NCBI GenBank assembly: GCA_963842085.1
Contig: CAWJET010000001.1
Location: forward strand, 3,180,342-3,244,341
Source: an uncultured delta proteobacterium
Lineage (GTDB): Bacteria; Desulfobacterota; Binatia; Binatales; Binataceae
DNA length: 64,000 nucleotides
Direction: 5' to 3'
In this document: piece by piece, positions 10,018 through 19,316 of the stretch
Layout: each line of letters begins with the position of its first letter
Numbering within the stretch: the first letter of the stretch is position 1
Program-made: the position numbers and the translations under genes
The notes under the pieces: generated by a model
What the model saw: the letters and a program-made list of their open reading frames with translations, nothing else
What the model was told of the DNA's origin: nothing
Databases searched by the model: none

Positions 10018-11293
10018 CAGGCTGCGGAAAAAGTCCGGTTAGTTATGAATTTGTCCACTCCGGGTAGTTGTTAGTGTTATTGAGCGAGCATCTAAGGGCC
10101 AGCGCAGTGGAGCGCCGACAGGTTCTGGTGTTCGCTTCAGGTGGCGATTGGCAAGAGGTTGCGCATCCTCACCAAGTTGTAGGCGGCGGCCGCGAAGGTA
10201 AACACCCAACCGACCCGGGCGGCACCCCGATGCCGGGTTTTGCGCAAGCCGCCGATGGTCTTCATCCAACCGAAGATCTCTTCCACCCGTTTGCGCTTGA
10301 TCTGACTGATGGCGTAACCCGGATGGCGAGTTGTGCGGTGGTCGATGGCGCTGTGCACTTTGCGCGCGACGTGCGGAGTAACCTGATGCGCGCGCAACTC
10401 ACGCACCAATTCCTTCTGATCGTAACCCTTATCGGCGCCCAGCGTGACTCGATGCTGGCCCGCGATCTGGGCCGCCATCGCGAGGGCCGCCTCGGGTTCG
10501 GCGCTGCCGCTGGCCTGAGTCAGCCGGGTGTTGACCACCAAGCCATGGCGATTGTCCATCTGCACGTGCCCGGCGTAACAGAGCTTGGCCTCTTTGCCCG
10601 ACCCTTTGCGGGCCAGCCGTGCCTGGGGATCGGTGGTCGATTGGTGCGTGGCGTTGGTGCGTCGCTCACCATGGAAGTCCACGCTCGGGTTACCGGGATC
10701 ATCGGGCGGGGTTTGCTGGTCGTCTCCTTTGCGCTTGAAACTCTTGTGTCCGGCCCAGGCCTCGATCAGGGTGCCGTCGACGGTAAAATGCTCGTTGGAG
10801 AGCAGGTCTTGGGCACGCGCTTGCTCGAGCACTGCGTTGAAAAAGCCCTGCGCTACCTCGGCCACCAGCAAGCGCTCGCGGTTCTTGGTGAAGACGGTCA
10901 CGTCCCATACTGGGTCGTCGATGTTGAGCCCCACAAACCAGCGAAACAGGAAGTTGTAATCGAGCTGCTCCATCAAAAGTCGCTCACTGCGCACCGTGTA
11001 GAGCACCTGCAAGAGCAGCGCCCGCAGCAGCTTTTCGGGCGCGATCGACGGCCGCCCGCAGTTCGCGTAGACCGCGTCGAAGCGCCACGACGACTCCTTA
11101 AGGGCGGCGTCCACCATTACCCGAATCGCTCGCAACGGATGATCCTTGGGTACTCGCCGCTCCGCCGATATGTAACTGAACATTCCGCTCTGCTGATGGT
11201 CCACCCCACGCATCACCGTCACCTCCTCCTACAACCTCTTCCTACTCCACTATATCCGATCGAGCGGAAAACTCCTCGTTTTTCCACAGCCTG
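10018..11293 (-). mobile_element. IS5-family insertion sequence, 1276 bp
   Basis: Terminal IRs CAGGCTGCGGAAAAA / TTTTTCCACAGCCTG; CTAG duplicated at 10014-10017 and 11294-11297. Confidence 0.95.
10137..11222 (-). CDS. IS5-family DDE transposase
   Basis: GRPSIAPEKLLRALLLQ, VDGTLIEAWA, GADKGYD, RKRVEEIFGW. Confidence 0.95.
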   Translation of the reverse strand: MTVMRGVDHQQSGMFSYISAERRVPKDHPLRAIRVMVDAALKESSWRFDAVYANCGRPSIAPEKLLRALLLQVLYTVRSERLLMEQLDYNFLFRWFVGLNIDDPVWDVTVFTKNRERLLVAEVAQGFFNAVLEQARAQDLLSNEHFTVDGTLIEAWAGHKSFKRKGDDQQTPPDDPGNPSVDFHGERRTNATHQSTTDPQARLARKGSGKEAKLCYAGHVQMDNRHGLVVNTRLTQASGSAEPEAALAMAAQIAGQHRVTLGADKGYDQKELVRELRAHQVTPHVARKVHSAIDHRTTRHPGYAISQIKRKRVEEIFGWMKTIGGLRKTRHRGAARVGWVFTFAAAAYNLVRMRNLLPIAT

Positions 11294-11820
11294 CTAGACG
11301 ACGATCGCGCAGGTCGTAGCCCAGCGGCGGCGTGCCTCCCATCCACATCCCTTTCTGCTTGGACGCCGCGATCTTGTCGCGGATGCGCTCGCCGGTCACC
11401 TCGCGTTCGAACTGTGCAAATGAGAGCAGCACGTTCAGGGTTAATCGGCCCATCGACGTGGTGGTGTTGAACTGCTGCGTGACCGTGACAAACGACACGC
11501 CGTGGGTATCGAAGACTTCCACGATCTTGGCGAAGTCGGCCAGAGAGCGGGTCAGGCGGTCTACCTTATAGACCACGACCACGTCGATCCGCTTTTCCTT
11601 GACGTGGGCGAGCAGGGCTTTCAGGGCCGGTCGCTCCATCGTCGCGCCGGAAAATCCGCCGTCGTCGTAACCCGTTTTAATCAGACGCCAGCCCTCGCCG
11701 GTCTGACTTTTGACGAATGCTTCGCAGGCCTGACGCTGTGCGTGCAGGGAGTTGAAGTTCTGCTCGAGCCCTTCTTCCGAGGACTTGCGCGTGTAGACTG
11801 CGCAGCGTTTGGGAGCGCCG

Positions 11821-12303
11821 TCACTTCGAGCCATGACTCGCCTCCCGTCGCTTGCTGCGCAGACCGAAGAACTGTGGCCCGTTCCAGTGCGCGCTGGTGA
11901 TTACCTTGGCGACCTCGGTGAGTGACCGGTAGCGCTTTCGTTTGTACAGCACTCCCTGATCAAGCACTCGCACTTCGTGCGTCACGCCGTGCCACCCGCG
12001 CATCAGGACTGTTCCTGCAGGCGCTGCTGCGGCCGGCTCAAGTTTAAGGGGCTGTCCTGACCGTGCGTCGTTGGCGAGGCGAATCAGCAGTCTTCGGGTG
12101 GAGGGTCTGAGTCCTCCGTGGAGTTGCTCCTGAATTCGATACGCCACGGCACGGGTCAGCAGTTTGCGGCTGATGCGAAGCGGCGGCTCGGAGTTGTAGA
12201 GCGCCCGCCACTGCTGCTTAAGCTCGGCGATCGCAGACGATTTCAAGAAAGCAACTCGCTGCGGGATCATCTCCGCCGATTTAGTAAATCTCTGGTCCTC
12301 CAT
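11821..12303 (-). CDS. DUF2924 domain protein (start uncertain)
   Basis: LTRAVAYRIQEQLHGGL, GTVLMRGWHG, YRSLTEVAKVIT, WNGPQFFGL; overlaps the recombinase start. Confidence 0.9.
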   Translation of the reverse strand: MEDQRFTKSAEMIPQRVAFLKSSAIAELKQQWRALYNSEPPLRISRKLLTRAVAYRIQEQLHGGLRPSTRRLLIRLANDARSGQPLKLEPAAAAPAGTVLMRGWHGVTHEVRVLDQGVLYKRKRYRSLTEVAKVITSAHWNGPQFFGLRSKRREASHGSK

Positions 12304-12495
12304 GTGTGCCCGGCCTCCTGGCGGGCAGACACACACATTGCTCTGGTTCGCCACCGAAGCCAGTCGACGTGTTCATGCCCATTCGCCTTCCCATCGCCTT
12401 CCGGGTCTCACTAAATGAGCGCTCATCGCTCGCTTCGTGCGCGCAACAGAGCAAGCATCCGAGGCCAGCCGTTATGGCTGAAGGAGAGCAAGAGA

Positions 12496-12735
12496 ATGGA
12501 ACGCGCGAAATTGACAAACGGTGAAAAGATTGAGCCGGTAAACATCAAGTCTGCACGAGCGCCACGGGAGAAGACCGAGCGTAAGCCCAAAGCGGAGAAG
12601 CTCGTGTGCCGCTACTGCGGGAGCGACGATCTGGCCCCGAGCTTTATCAAGCGACGCGATCGCCGTTGCCGGAAGTGTTTCAGCAAACGCTATGGATCGG
12701 CGGCGCGCGGGAAGAAAGCAACCGCAAAAAAGTAG
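12496..12735 (+). CDS. Small basic protein with CxxC...CxxC
   Basis: AAGGAG RBS; CRYC and CRKC; followed by a terminator. Confidence 0.65.
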   Translation: MERAKLTNGEKIEPVNIKSARAPREKTERKPKAEKLVCRYCGSDDLAPSFIKRRDRRCRKCFSKRYGSAARGKKATAKK

Positions 12736-12760
12736 CTGCACTACCACAAGATCAGAGACC

Positions 12761-12788
12761 GCGCCCGAAAGGGCGCGCTCTCTTTTTT
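12761..12788 (+). terminator. Rho-independent terminator
   Basis: GCGCCC-GAAA-GGGCGC hairpin followed by CTCTCTTTTTT. Confidence 0.65.
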
Positions 12789-13021
12789 CGTTGTTACGCT
12801 GTGCCCCGACACCGTCTGTTCCAGGGCTCCTACAGAAGTCGCCTGATGGGATGGACCCAGCCCTCACTTTTCAGTGCGGCCTCTGGATGGGCCAGTATTT
12901 ACGGCTGGCCGAGATCAATCGCTAGACTTTTCAACGGTTTCGGAGTTTTAGTGGGGACAGGGATGATGCGGCGCTATTTCGAGGTTCGCATGCAATCGTG
13001 CTGACGTGAGGATGTCTGGCA

Positions 13022-14344
13022 ATGGCTGAAACAGCGATCAACGATGACGGCGATTTTTTTCGGGTGCCCGCCAACGAGGCGTGGACTCTTCTGCAGTTCA
13101 CCACGCTGCTGTACTACCTGCACGAAACCAATCCAGACAACCTACTGGTCCGCGACAAGACTGACCCGAAGACCCCGGTAAGTATTGCGGCCGTCGGAAT
13201 GGCATTGGCCACGATCCCGGTGATTGTCGAGCGCGGCGTCTTCATCCGCGAATTCGCGGCCAAGCACACCTTGAAACAACTGCGATACCTGCTGCAATGC
13301 CCGCAGGGTCCCGAGCCCGAGGCCTCCGGCTACAACGGCTTCTTCTATCATTTTCTGGACATCGAAACAGGCCGGCGCGTTTGGCAGTGTGAGCTGTCGA
13401 CCATCGATTCGGCCTTTCTGTTCGCGGGCGCGTTGACGGTCGCCACCTATTTTGACCGCGGCACCGCCGACGAGGCCGAGATCCGCAGGCTCGCCGATGC
13501 GCTCTACCAGCGCGCCGATTGGAACTGGGCTCGCGATGGCGCAGCCACACTCACGCACGGCTGGCGGCCGGAGAGCGGATTCATCCCACACCGGTGGCAA
13601 GGCTACGACGAAGGCCTGCTGCTCTACATCTTGGGGCTGGGCTCGCCCACACATCCATTGCCGCCGGAGAGTTATCGCGCCTACTGCGCAACCTACCAAT
13701 GGAAAAGCATCTACGCCCGCGAGTTGCTCTACTCGGGCCCGCTATTTACCCATCAACTGTCACACATGTGGATCGACTTTCGCGACATTCGTGACGAATT
13801 CATGAGACAGCATAGCAGCGACTACTTCAAGAACAGCCGTCAGGCGACCTTTGTGCAGCAAGAGTACGCAGTTCGCAACCCCATGAACTTCGCCGGCTAC
13901 GGGAAAGACTGCTGGGGATTCACGGCATGCGATGGACCGGGATGGATCAAACGAGTCGTCAACGGTGTTGAGCGCCAGTTCTTCGACTACACCGCTCGCG
14001 GCGCCCCCTTCGGTCCCGATGACGGCACCGTCGCACCCTGGGTGGTCGTCGCCTCCCTGCCTTTCGCTCCGGAGATTGTCATACCGGCTGTGCGCAATTT
14101 TGCCCAACTGGATTTGGGCATGATAAGAAAATACGGATTCTTGCCTTCGTTCAATCAATCGTTCGCCGTAGAAGGCAGTCCGACCGGCTGGTGGGTTTCG
14201 CCGTATCACTTCGGTGTCGATCAAGGTCCGGTGGTGCTGATGATCGAGAATCATCGCACCGGGTTGTTGTGGGAGATCATGCGCCGTTGCTCGCCAATCT
14301 TGACCGGTTTGCGTCGGGCAGGCTTTACCGGAGGCTGGTTGTAG
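13022..14344 (+). CDS. Glucoamylase-family / GH144-like beta-1,2-glucanase
   Basis: SIAAVG, GFFYHFLD, ELSTIDSA, GWRPESG, GPLFTHQ, WGFTACDGP, GVDQGP. Confidence 0.85.
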   Translation: MAETAINDDGDFFRVPANEAWTLLQFTTLLYYLHETNPDNLLVRDKTDPKTPVSIAAVGMALATIPVIVERGVFIREFAAKHTLKQLRYLLQCPQGPEPEASGYNGFFYHFLDIETGRRVWQCELSTIDSAFLFAGALTVATYFDRGTADEAEIRRLADALYQRADWNWARDGAATLTHGWRPESGFIPHRWQGYDEGLLLYILGLGSPTHPLPPESYRAYCATYQWKSIYARELLYSGPLFTHQLSHMWIDFRDIRDEFMRQHSSDYFKNSRQATFVQQEYAVRNPMNFAGYGKDCWGFTACDGPGWIKRVVNGVERQFFDYTARGAPFGPDDGTVAPWVVVASLPFAPEIVIPAVRNFAQLDLGMIRKYGFLPSFNQSFAVEGSPTGWWVSPYHFGVDQGPVVLMIENHRTGLLWEIMRRCSPILTGLRRAGFTGGWL

Positions 14345-14520
14345 TTCGGTGATCCGGGCGCCTACAGTCAGAGGAGCCTTGATATCTTTATCTTTAGGGG
14401 CACCTCGTTGCGTTCGGGCCCATGCACCGCCAAGGCCCATGGCGTCCTTCCAGAAGAATGCGGGCTTGGAGTACTCATTGAGCGAACACCCTGCACCGTT
14501 CAAACACCAGACTATTCCCC

Positions 14521-14547
14521 TGTTCGTCCTCAAAACTTGGTCCGCAC
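14521..14547 (+). repeat. IS-end-like inverted repeat, copy 1
   Basis: TGTTCGTCCTCAAAACTTGGTCCGCAC; 24/27 identical to the reverse complement of 17845-17871. Confidence 0.75.
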
Positions 14548-14567
14548 GAATTCGTTGATGGTAGTGT

Positions 14568-14597
14568 TTGACTCAATTGGTTGGACCACTGTATAAG
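14568..14597 (+). promoter_or_regulatory. Sigma70-like promoter with FadR/PdhR-type operator
   Basis: TTGACT-N18-TATAAG; AATTGGT-TGG-ACCA lies between the two boxes. Confidence 0.7.
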
Positions 14598-14608
14598 TGG
14601 ACCACCGA

Positions 14609-15364
14609 ATGACCTCTGTCGTGAAAATCGTTGACTTCCGGCCCGCCGTGCGCCGCCGCGTCCATGAGGATATCGCCGAGCAACTTCGCGACGCGATTCT
14701 CGACGGGCGCTTTCCCGCCGGAAGCAAACTGCCGCCTGAGCGCGAGCTGGCGACTGAATTCAGGGTGAATCGCACGTCCATCCGCGACGCCATCAAAGTT
14801 CTCGAAGGACTAAGTCTAATACGCGTACGGCAGGGCGACGGGGCGACGGTGCAGCCGCTGGTTGACGCCTCGTTCGATCTGCTGCCGGCTATGATCTTTC
14901 ACGGCGGACGCCTTGATGTTCGTGTGCTACTCGAGCTGCTGGAAGTTACAAGGCCGCTTTTGTTCGAGATGGCCAAGCTCGGACTGGAGCGATCAACGGA
15001 CGCGCAAATTGAAGGTCTGTGCGCCTTGAGCGATCAGATGGCTGACGAGGATTTGAAAGACGAGGAGCGCGCAGCCGCAGGACGCGAGCTGCTGGTCGCG
15101 ATCGCGGATATGACGGGAAATCGCGTCTGGCGGATGCTTGCGCGTCGCTTGCGCGCTCTGCTCGCTTCCGATCCTTTGCAGGAGGCCAGGCGCAGAGTCC
15201 GCAAGGACCATGGACGTCTCGCCGCCTTTGTCAACGATTCGATCAGGCATCACAAGGCGGGCCGTCAAGAAAAGGCGCTGGCAGCGCTTCGTCGCGCGCT
15301 CGAAGTTCTCGGTCAAGGGTTCAACGATTACGCGCAAATCAGACCCGCGAAGGGCAAGCAATGA
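14609..15364 (+). CDS. GntR/FadR family regulator
   Basis: LPPERELA..F.VNRTSIRDAI..LE...L...RQGDG. Confidence 0.92.
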   Translation: MTSVVKIVDFRPAVRRRVHEDIAEQLRDAILDGRFPAGSKLPPERELATEFRVNRTSIRDAIKVLEGLSLIRVRQGDGATVQPLVDASFDLLPAMIFHGGRLDVRVLLELLEVTRPLLFEMAKLGLERSTDAQIEGLCALSDQMADEDLKDEERAAAGRELLVAIADMTGNRVWRMLARRLRALLASDPLQEARRRVRKDHGRLAAFVNDSIRHHKAGRQEKALAALRRALEVLGQGFNDYAQIRPAKGKQ

Positions 15365-15440
15365 TCCATTCATAAGCAGCAAGCACATTCCAGGAACTCA
15401 ACCAACAAGATGGAAATTCCACACAGCTGAAGGAGGCTTC

Positions 15441-16538
15441 ATGAGCACCAATTCCGATAGCAACCCCGCCGGACTGTACCCTTGGCAGGAGCTTGCCGGA
15501 TACGAGACTGCGATGGACGTCGCCTGGAACTTTTCTTACGAGATCGACAGCGAAAAGCTGCGCAACCTTTACTCGAAGGCGAAGCAAAACCAGTGGGACG
15601 CCGAGACTCAGCTCGACTGGTCGATCGAGATCGACCCGTCAAAGCCGATCGTCGGCGAGGGTCGCTTTCCGTTCCTGAGGGTGCCGTTCTTCCAGAAGTT
15701 GTCGAAGACCACGCGCGAGACGTTCGTCGCGCATGCGACCTGCCAGTTGCTGTCGCAGTTTTTGCACGGCGAGCAGGGGGCGCTGATGACCGCCGCCGCC
15801 GTGACGCACGCCGCGCCCGACTATGAGGCCAAGCTCTATTCCGCCAGCCAGACCTTCGATGAGGCTCGCCACGTTGAGGTCTACGATGCCTACATCAGGA
15901 AGCTGGGACTGGTGTATCCGATCTCCGTCTGGCTGAAGGAGCTGATCGACGCGACGCTGCAGTCGCACAGCTTTGCCAAGACGATGGTCGGCATGAACAT
16001 GATTGTTGAGGGGCTCGCCCTCGCCGCATTCCACAATATGCGCAAGCAGGCGTCTTGTCCGTTGCTGCGCTCGCTGACGGAGTACGTTCTGCGCGACGAA
16101 TCGCGTCACGTGGCCTTCGGCAACGTTTACCTGCGAAAGACGATTGCCGACATGCACCCTGATGATCGCGAGGATGTCGCCCAGTTCGCATTCGACGCGG
16201 TCAAGGCGATGGCGGACGCTACCGGCGGCGCCGATGGGAAGGGTATGCCCAAGCCGGACCCGGGTTTTCAGCTCGTCCTCGAGCGCAGCGGTATTGCCCT
16301 CGAAGACTTTCTCAAGGGACTGATGGAAGCGGGCGGCGCGGGTTTCGCCGCTCATCTGCCGCCGGGGCATATCCACGCCTTCCGCGATCTGATGATGCCC
16401 GCGCTTGTGCGTGTAGGTGCCGTGACCGAGCGAACACGCGAGCTCTACAAGAACGCCGACATCCCGGTGTGGGACGATGTCCGCGTGCTCGAGTCGATGG
16501 AGGATGCCACCACCGGCGACATCCAGATGCCAAACTGA
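15441..16538 (+). CDS. Ferritin-like diiron protein (AurF-like)
   Basis: GGAGG RBS; LYSKAKQNQW, SQFLHGEQGA, DEARH, EGLA, DESRH. Confidence 0.88.
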   Translation: MSTNSDSNPAGLYPWQELAGYETAMDVAWNFSYEIDSEKLRNLYSKAKQNQWDAETQLDWSIEIDPSKPIVGEGRFPFLRVPFFQKLSKTTRETFVAHATCQLLSQFLHGEQGALMTAAAVTHAAPDYEAKLYSASQTFDEARHVEVYDAYIRKLGLVYPISVWLKELIDATLQSHSFAKTMVGMNMIVEGLALAAFHNMRKQASCPLLRSLTEYVLRDESRHVAFGNVYLRKTIADMHPDDREDVAQFAFDAVKAMADATGGADGKGMPKPDPGFQLVLERSGIALEDFLKGLMEAGGAGFAAHLPPGHIHAFRDLMMPALVRVGAVTERTRELYKNADIPVWDDVRVLESMEDATTGDIQMPN

Positions 16539-16808
16539 TCTGAAGAGGGGCGGCACGATCGAAGAGGCGCGGTGTCACCGCTCCGGCCTCGTCGCTGAGA
16601 GTCTGAGCTGGCGTGCCCGATGACGGTGAGCCACAAGGGACCATCACCGCCTGGGATGGCTCGCGGTTGCCGCTGGCTCGACTAGAGCCGCGACCGACCC
16701 CATTTCAGAAAGGCGATGGATGAGCGAATTTTGCTCGAAGCGTGAAGCGAACCGGCTTTTCTGCGCCTGGAGACAAACCCGAGAAATTCGCCGAATCGGC
16801 TGCAGGAC

Positions 16809-16925
16809 TCGCGCTCTCCGGTTCGCATCGAGCGCACACGCGCCGCGTCACGCGGGGATTTTCCGCTCACTCCAGATTGTGGGGAAGCACTACAGACTGT
16901 GTGGCGGAGCGAGGCGGATTCGAAC
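16809..16925 (-). repeat. tRNA-3'-end/att-like module, inverted copy
   Basis: Reverse complement GTTCGAATCCGCCTCGCTCCGCCACACAGTCTGTAGTG is 32/38 identical to 8603-8640; shares ACCGGAGAGCGCGA. Confidence 0.75.
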
Positions 16926-17001
16926 TGTGCCTTCTCAAAACTTAATCTGCAGTGATTGATTGGCGATTTCAAACGCCTGGCGATAGCCTGCCTGCAGGAC
17001 A

Positions 17002-17817
17002 ATGCCGACCGCCGACGCGCGTAACGAGCCTCGAACTCATACCGATCTGGTCCTGGAAGCGATTGCGCTGCGCCATCAGATTGCGGTGCTGAAGCGAAGC
17101 GGAACCCGCCGCCCCTGTTTCCGTCTTTGGGATCGATTGTTTTGGATCTTTCTGTCGTGGTGGTGGCCGAACTGGCACGAGAGCCTGCTGATCGTACAAC
17201 CGGCAACGGTGCAGCGCTGGCGGTGTAATGGCTGGTCAGGGCTCTGGAGATACCGTTCACGCGGTCGCTGGCGAGGCGGGCGCCCGAGAGTATCTCGGGA
17301 AGTACGTTGCTTGATCACCCGGATGGCCCGCGAGAACTTTCTGTGGGGCGCACCACGGATCCACGGCGAGCTTCTCATGCTCGGGTTCCAAGTCTCTCAA
17401 GCAACGGTTTCGCGCTACCTGTCGACTTCAGGCCGGAGCACGGGCCAGTCGTGGCGAACGTTTATTCGCAATCAGGCGATTGCCTTCAGCGACAAGGACA
17501 TCACGGAGCACGAATACGGTGCAGAAGACCTGGGTTTGTCGGAGCATTTTGGTGGCGGCAGACCCATGCACTTTGGTGCAGGGATTGCGAGATTAGAGGC
17601 TGCCCCTTGGATCTCGCATGAGCCGATAAGACCTAGGCGGCATGCGGAAGGACTCACCGAGCGTCCTGGATGGCGCGCACGAGGTGCTCTGGTCCCCGTC
17701 CAGCGCTTGGGCTCCCCGTCTGGTCGCACGCTCAATTCTCATCTGAATCCTTTTCTAACCGAGGTTCAGATGCGAGGTCCTCCTCATCACGCATGGGCGT
17801 CATCCAAGCTGCAGTAA
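17002..17817 (+). pseudogene. Integrase-core (IS481/IS3-like) transposase remnant: N-terminal HTH part only
   Basis: ALRHQIAVLKR, IVQPATVQRW, GRPR, RENFLWGAPRIHGEL, SWRTFIRN; no DDE core follows. Confidence 0.8.
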
Positions 17818-17844
17818 CGCTCGAATCGACAGGGTCGGTCTTTT

Positions 17845-17871
17845 GTGCGGACCAAGTTTTGAGGAGCGACA
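17845..17871 (-). repeat. IS-end-like inverted repeat, copy 2
   Basis: GTGCGGACCAAGTTTTGAGGAGCGACA. Confidence 0.75.
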
Positions 17872-17879
17872 GCCCCACC

Positions 17880-18091
17880 GTAAGTGGCTCACGCAGCAAC
17901 GGGTTTTCCTTGAGGTACAGCATTCCGAGGCACAGATAGAGGCTGGCGCGCCAGTAGGCGTCGATGTCGCGCAGCTCGTCCGGGCTGAGCGGCGTCCCTT
18001 TGATCGTCGAGCGGGCGGGACCATACGCCGATATCGTAGATGTCTTTTCGTCGTAAGGGACGGCCTCCGACTTTCTTGCGACTGTGGTCAT
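17880..18091 (-). pseudogene. Phosphoketolase 5' fragment
   Basis: [51 protein letters not shown] closely matches the N-terminus of 27546..29990, then breaks near the IS end. Confidence 0.9.
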
Positions 18092-18137
18092 GGCCCGCAC
18101 CTTCTCCTTTGAGCCCCGTGAAGCGAGGTAAGCACCC

Positions 18138-19310
18138 CTACAGGACAAATTCGGGCTGCGACGTACCCAACAGATATCCGCCCACCGCCTTTGCGAGCGG
18201 ATCCGGAGACAGGTAGGCGTGCGCCATCGCCGCCTCGATGTCTTGAAAGCGCTGTTGTAGCGGGTGATCGACGAACACCGCGCGTCCAGTTGACGCCCGA
18301 AACAGATCGTTGATCGCCTGTGCGACCAAGTCGCATCCGTGGTTCATGTTCCAGCGCACCTGCGCCTTGAGTTGCATCGGAACCGGCGCGCGGTCCTGCG
18401 CCATCTGCCACAATTCCGCTATGTCGGCTCGCAGTTGCCCGATCGTGACGTCGATAAGCCAGATCGCCTCGGCGAGCCGCCGCTGCATGAGAGCATCGTC
18501 GGCCGCCCTTCCGCCCAAGCTCAACTTGCGCTCGCGCGTCTGCGAAATCCACGCATCGACGAACCCGCGTGAAGCGCCCAGCATCGAAGCAACCAGCGCC
18601 GTGTTAAAGACTACCGACCAGGGTAGCCGATAAAGCGGACCGCTGTTGCGCTCTTGCCCCGGCAGCGGCGCATTCATCGCGTAATCGATGAGAGACTGAG
18701 ATCGATAATCAGGTACGAAAGCGCTTTCGACAATGATGTCTTTGCTGCCGGTGCCCTTGAGTCCGGCAACGTGCCAGTTGTCGTCGATGCGATATTGATC
18801 GCCCAACAAGAGAAAAGACCTGAAGTCCGGCACTGGTCTGCCCAGCACCTCGCGCGTGCCGCAAATCGCTCCCAGCATCACGCCGTGACAATGATCGCAT
18901 CCGGACGAGAACGACCATCGCCCCGAAAGCTTGTAGCCGCCGGCCACCTTCTCCGCCTTGCCGGTAGGATTGTAAGACGAGGAGTGCATCAGGGCGGGGT
19001 CCTTACCCCACATCTCCTGCTGCGCTCTTTCATCAAAGAGAGCGAGCTGCCAGGGATGTAGCCCGATTACGCCGGCGATCCATGCAGCGGAAGGCGAAAC
19101 GCGCGCGAGCTCGATCGTGGCGTCGACAAATTCCATCAGCGGTACTTCGCCGCCGCCCCATCGCGCCGGCTGTAGCGATCGCAAAAAGCCGTTGTCCATC
19201 AGGATATTCCAAGTGCGATCGCTGAGCCTCCGGAGTGCGTTGTCCTCGGCGGCGGTCTCGCCAAGCTCCGGCGCGATCCGTCTTGCGGTCTCTACGAGTT
19301 CGTTCGTCAT
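18138..19310 (-). CDS. Flavin-dependent monooxygenase oxygenase subunit (HsaA/acyl-CoA dehydrogenase-like)
   Basis: QPARWGG, SSYNPTG, LSGRWSFSSGCDH, WHVAGLKGTGS, LQQRFQDI. Confidence 0.9.
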   Translation of the reverse strand: MTNELVETARRIAPELGETAAEDNALRRLSDRTWNILMDNGFLRSLQPARWGGGEVPLMEFVDATIELARVSPSAAWIAGVIGLHPWQLALFDERAQQEMWGKDPALMHSSSYNPTGKAEKVAGGYKLSGRWSFSSGCDHCHGVMLGAICGTREVLGRPVPDFRSFLLLGDQYRIDDNWHVAGLKGTGSKDIIVESAFVPDYRSQSLIDYAMNAPLPGQERNSGPLYRLPWSVVFNTALVASMLGASRGFVDAWISQTRERKLSLGGRAADDALMQRRLAEAIWLIDVTIGQLRADIAELWQMAQDRAPVPMQLKAQVRWNMNHGCDLVAQAINDLFRASTGRAVFVDHPLQQRFQDIEAAMAHAYLSPDPLAKAVGGYLLGTSQPEFVL

Positions 19311-19316
19311 TGACTA

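Larger units (their letters stand above)
8873..11834 (-). pseudogene. Large serine recombinase (resolvase + recombinase domains), split by IS5 and frameshifted near 9185
   Basis: YTRKSS, GYDDGGFSG, YKVDRLTRS, FAQFERE; removing the IS restores GYDLRDRRL-VVNEAEAK; the C-terminus (LPSEA...DPALLRALARGYQW) is in another frame. Confidence 0.92.

Noticed and set aside
10068-11297. 409-aa + strand ORF
   Set aside because: Antisense shadow of the IS5 transposase with no recognisable motifs.
16888-16925. Possible extra tRNA genes here and at about 53375-53399
   Set aside because: Only T-loop/acceptor 3' similarity is present, with no D or anticodon arm; reported as att-like remnants instead.
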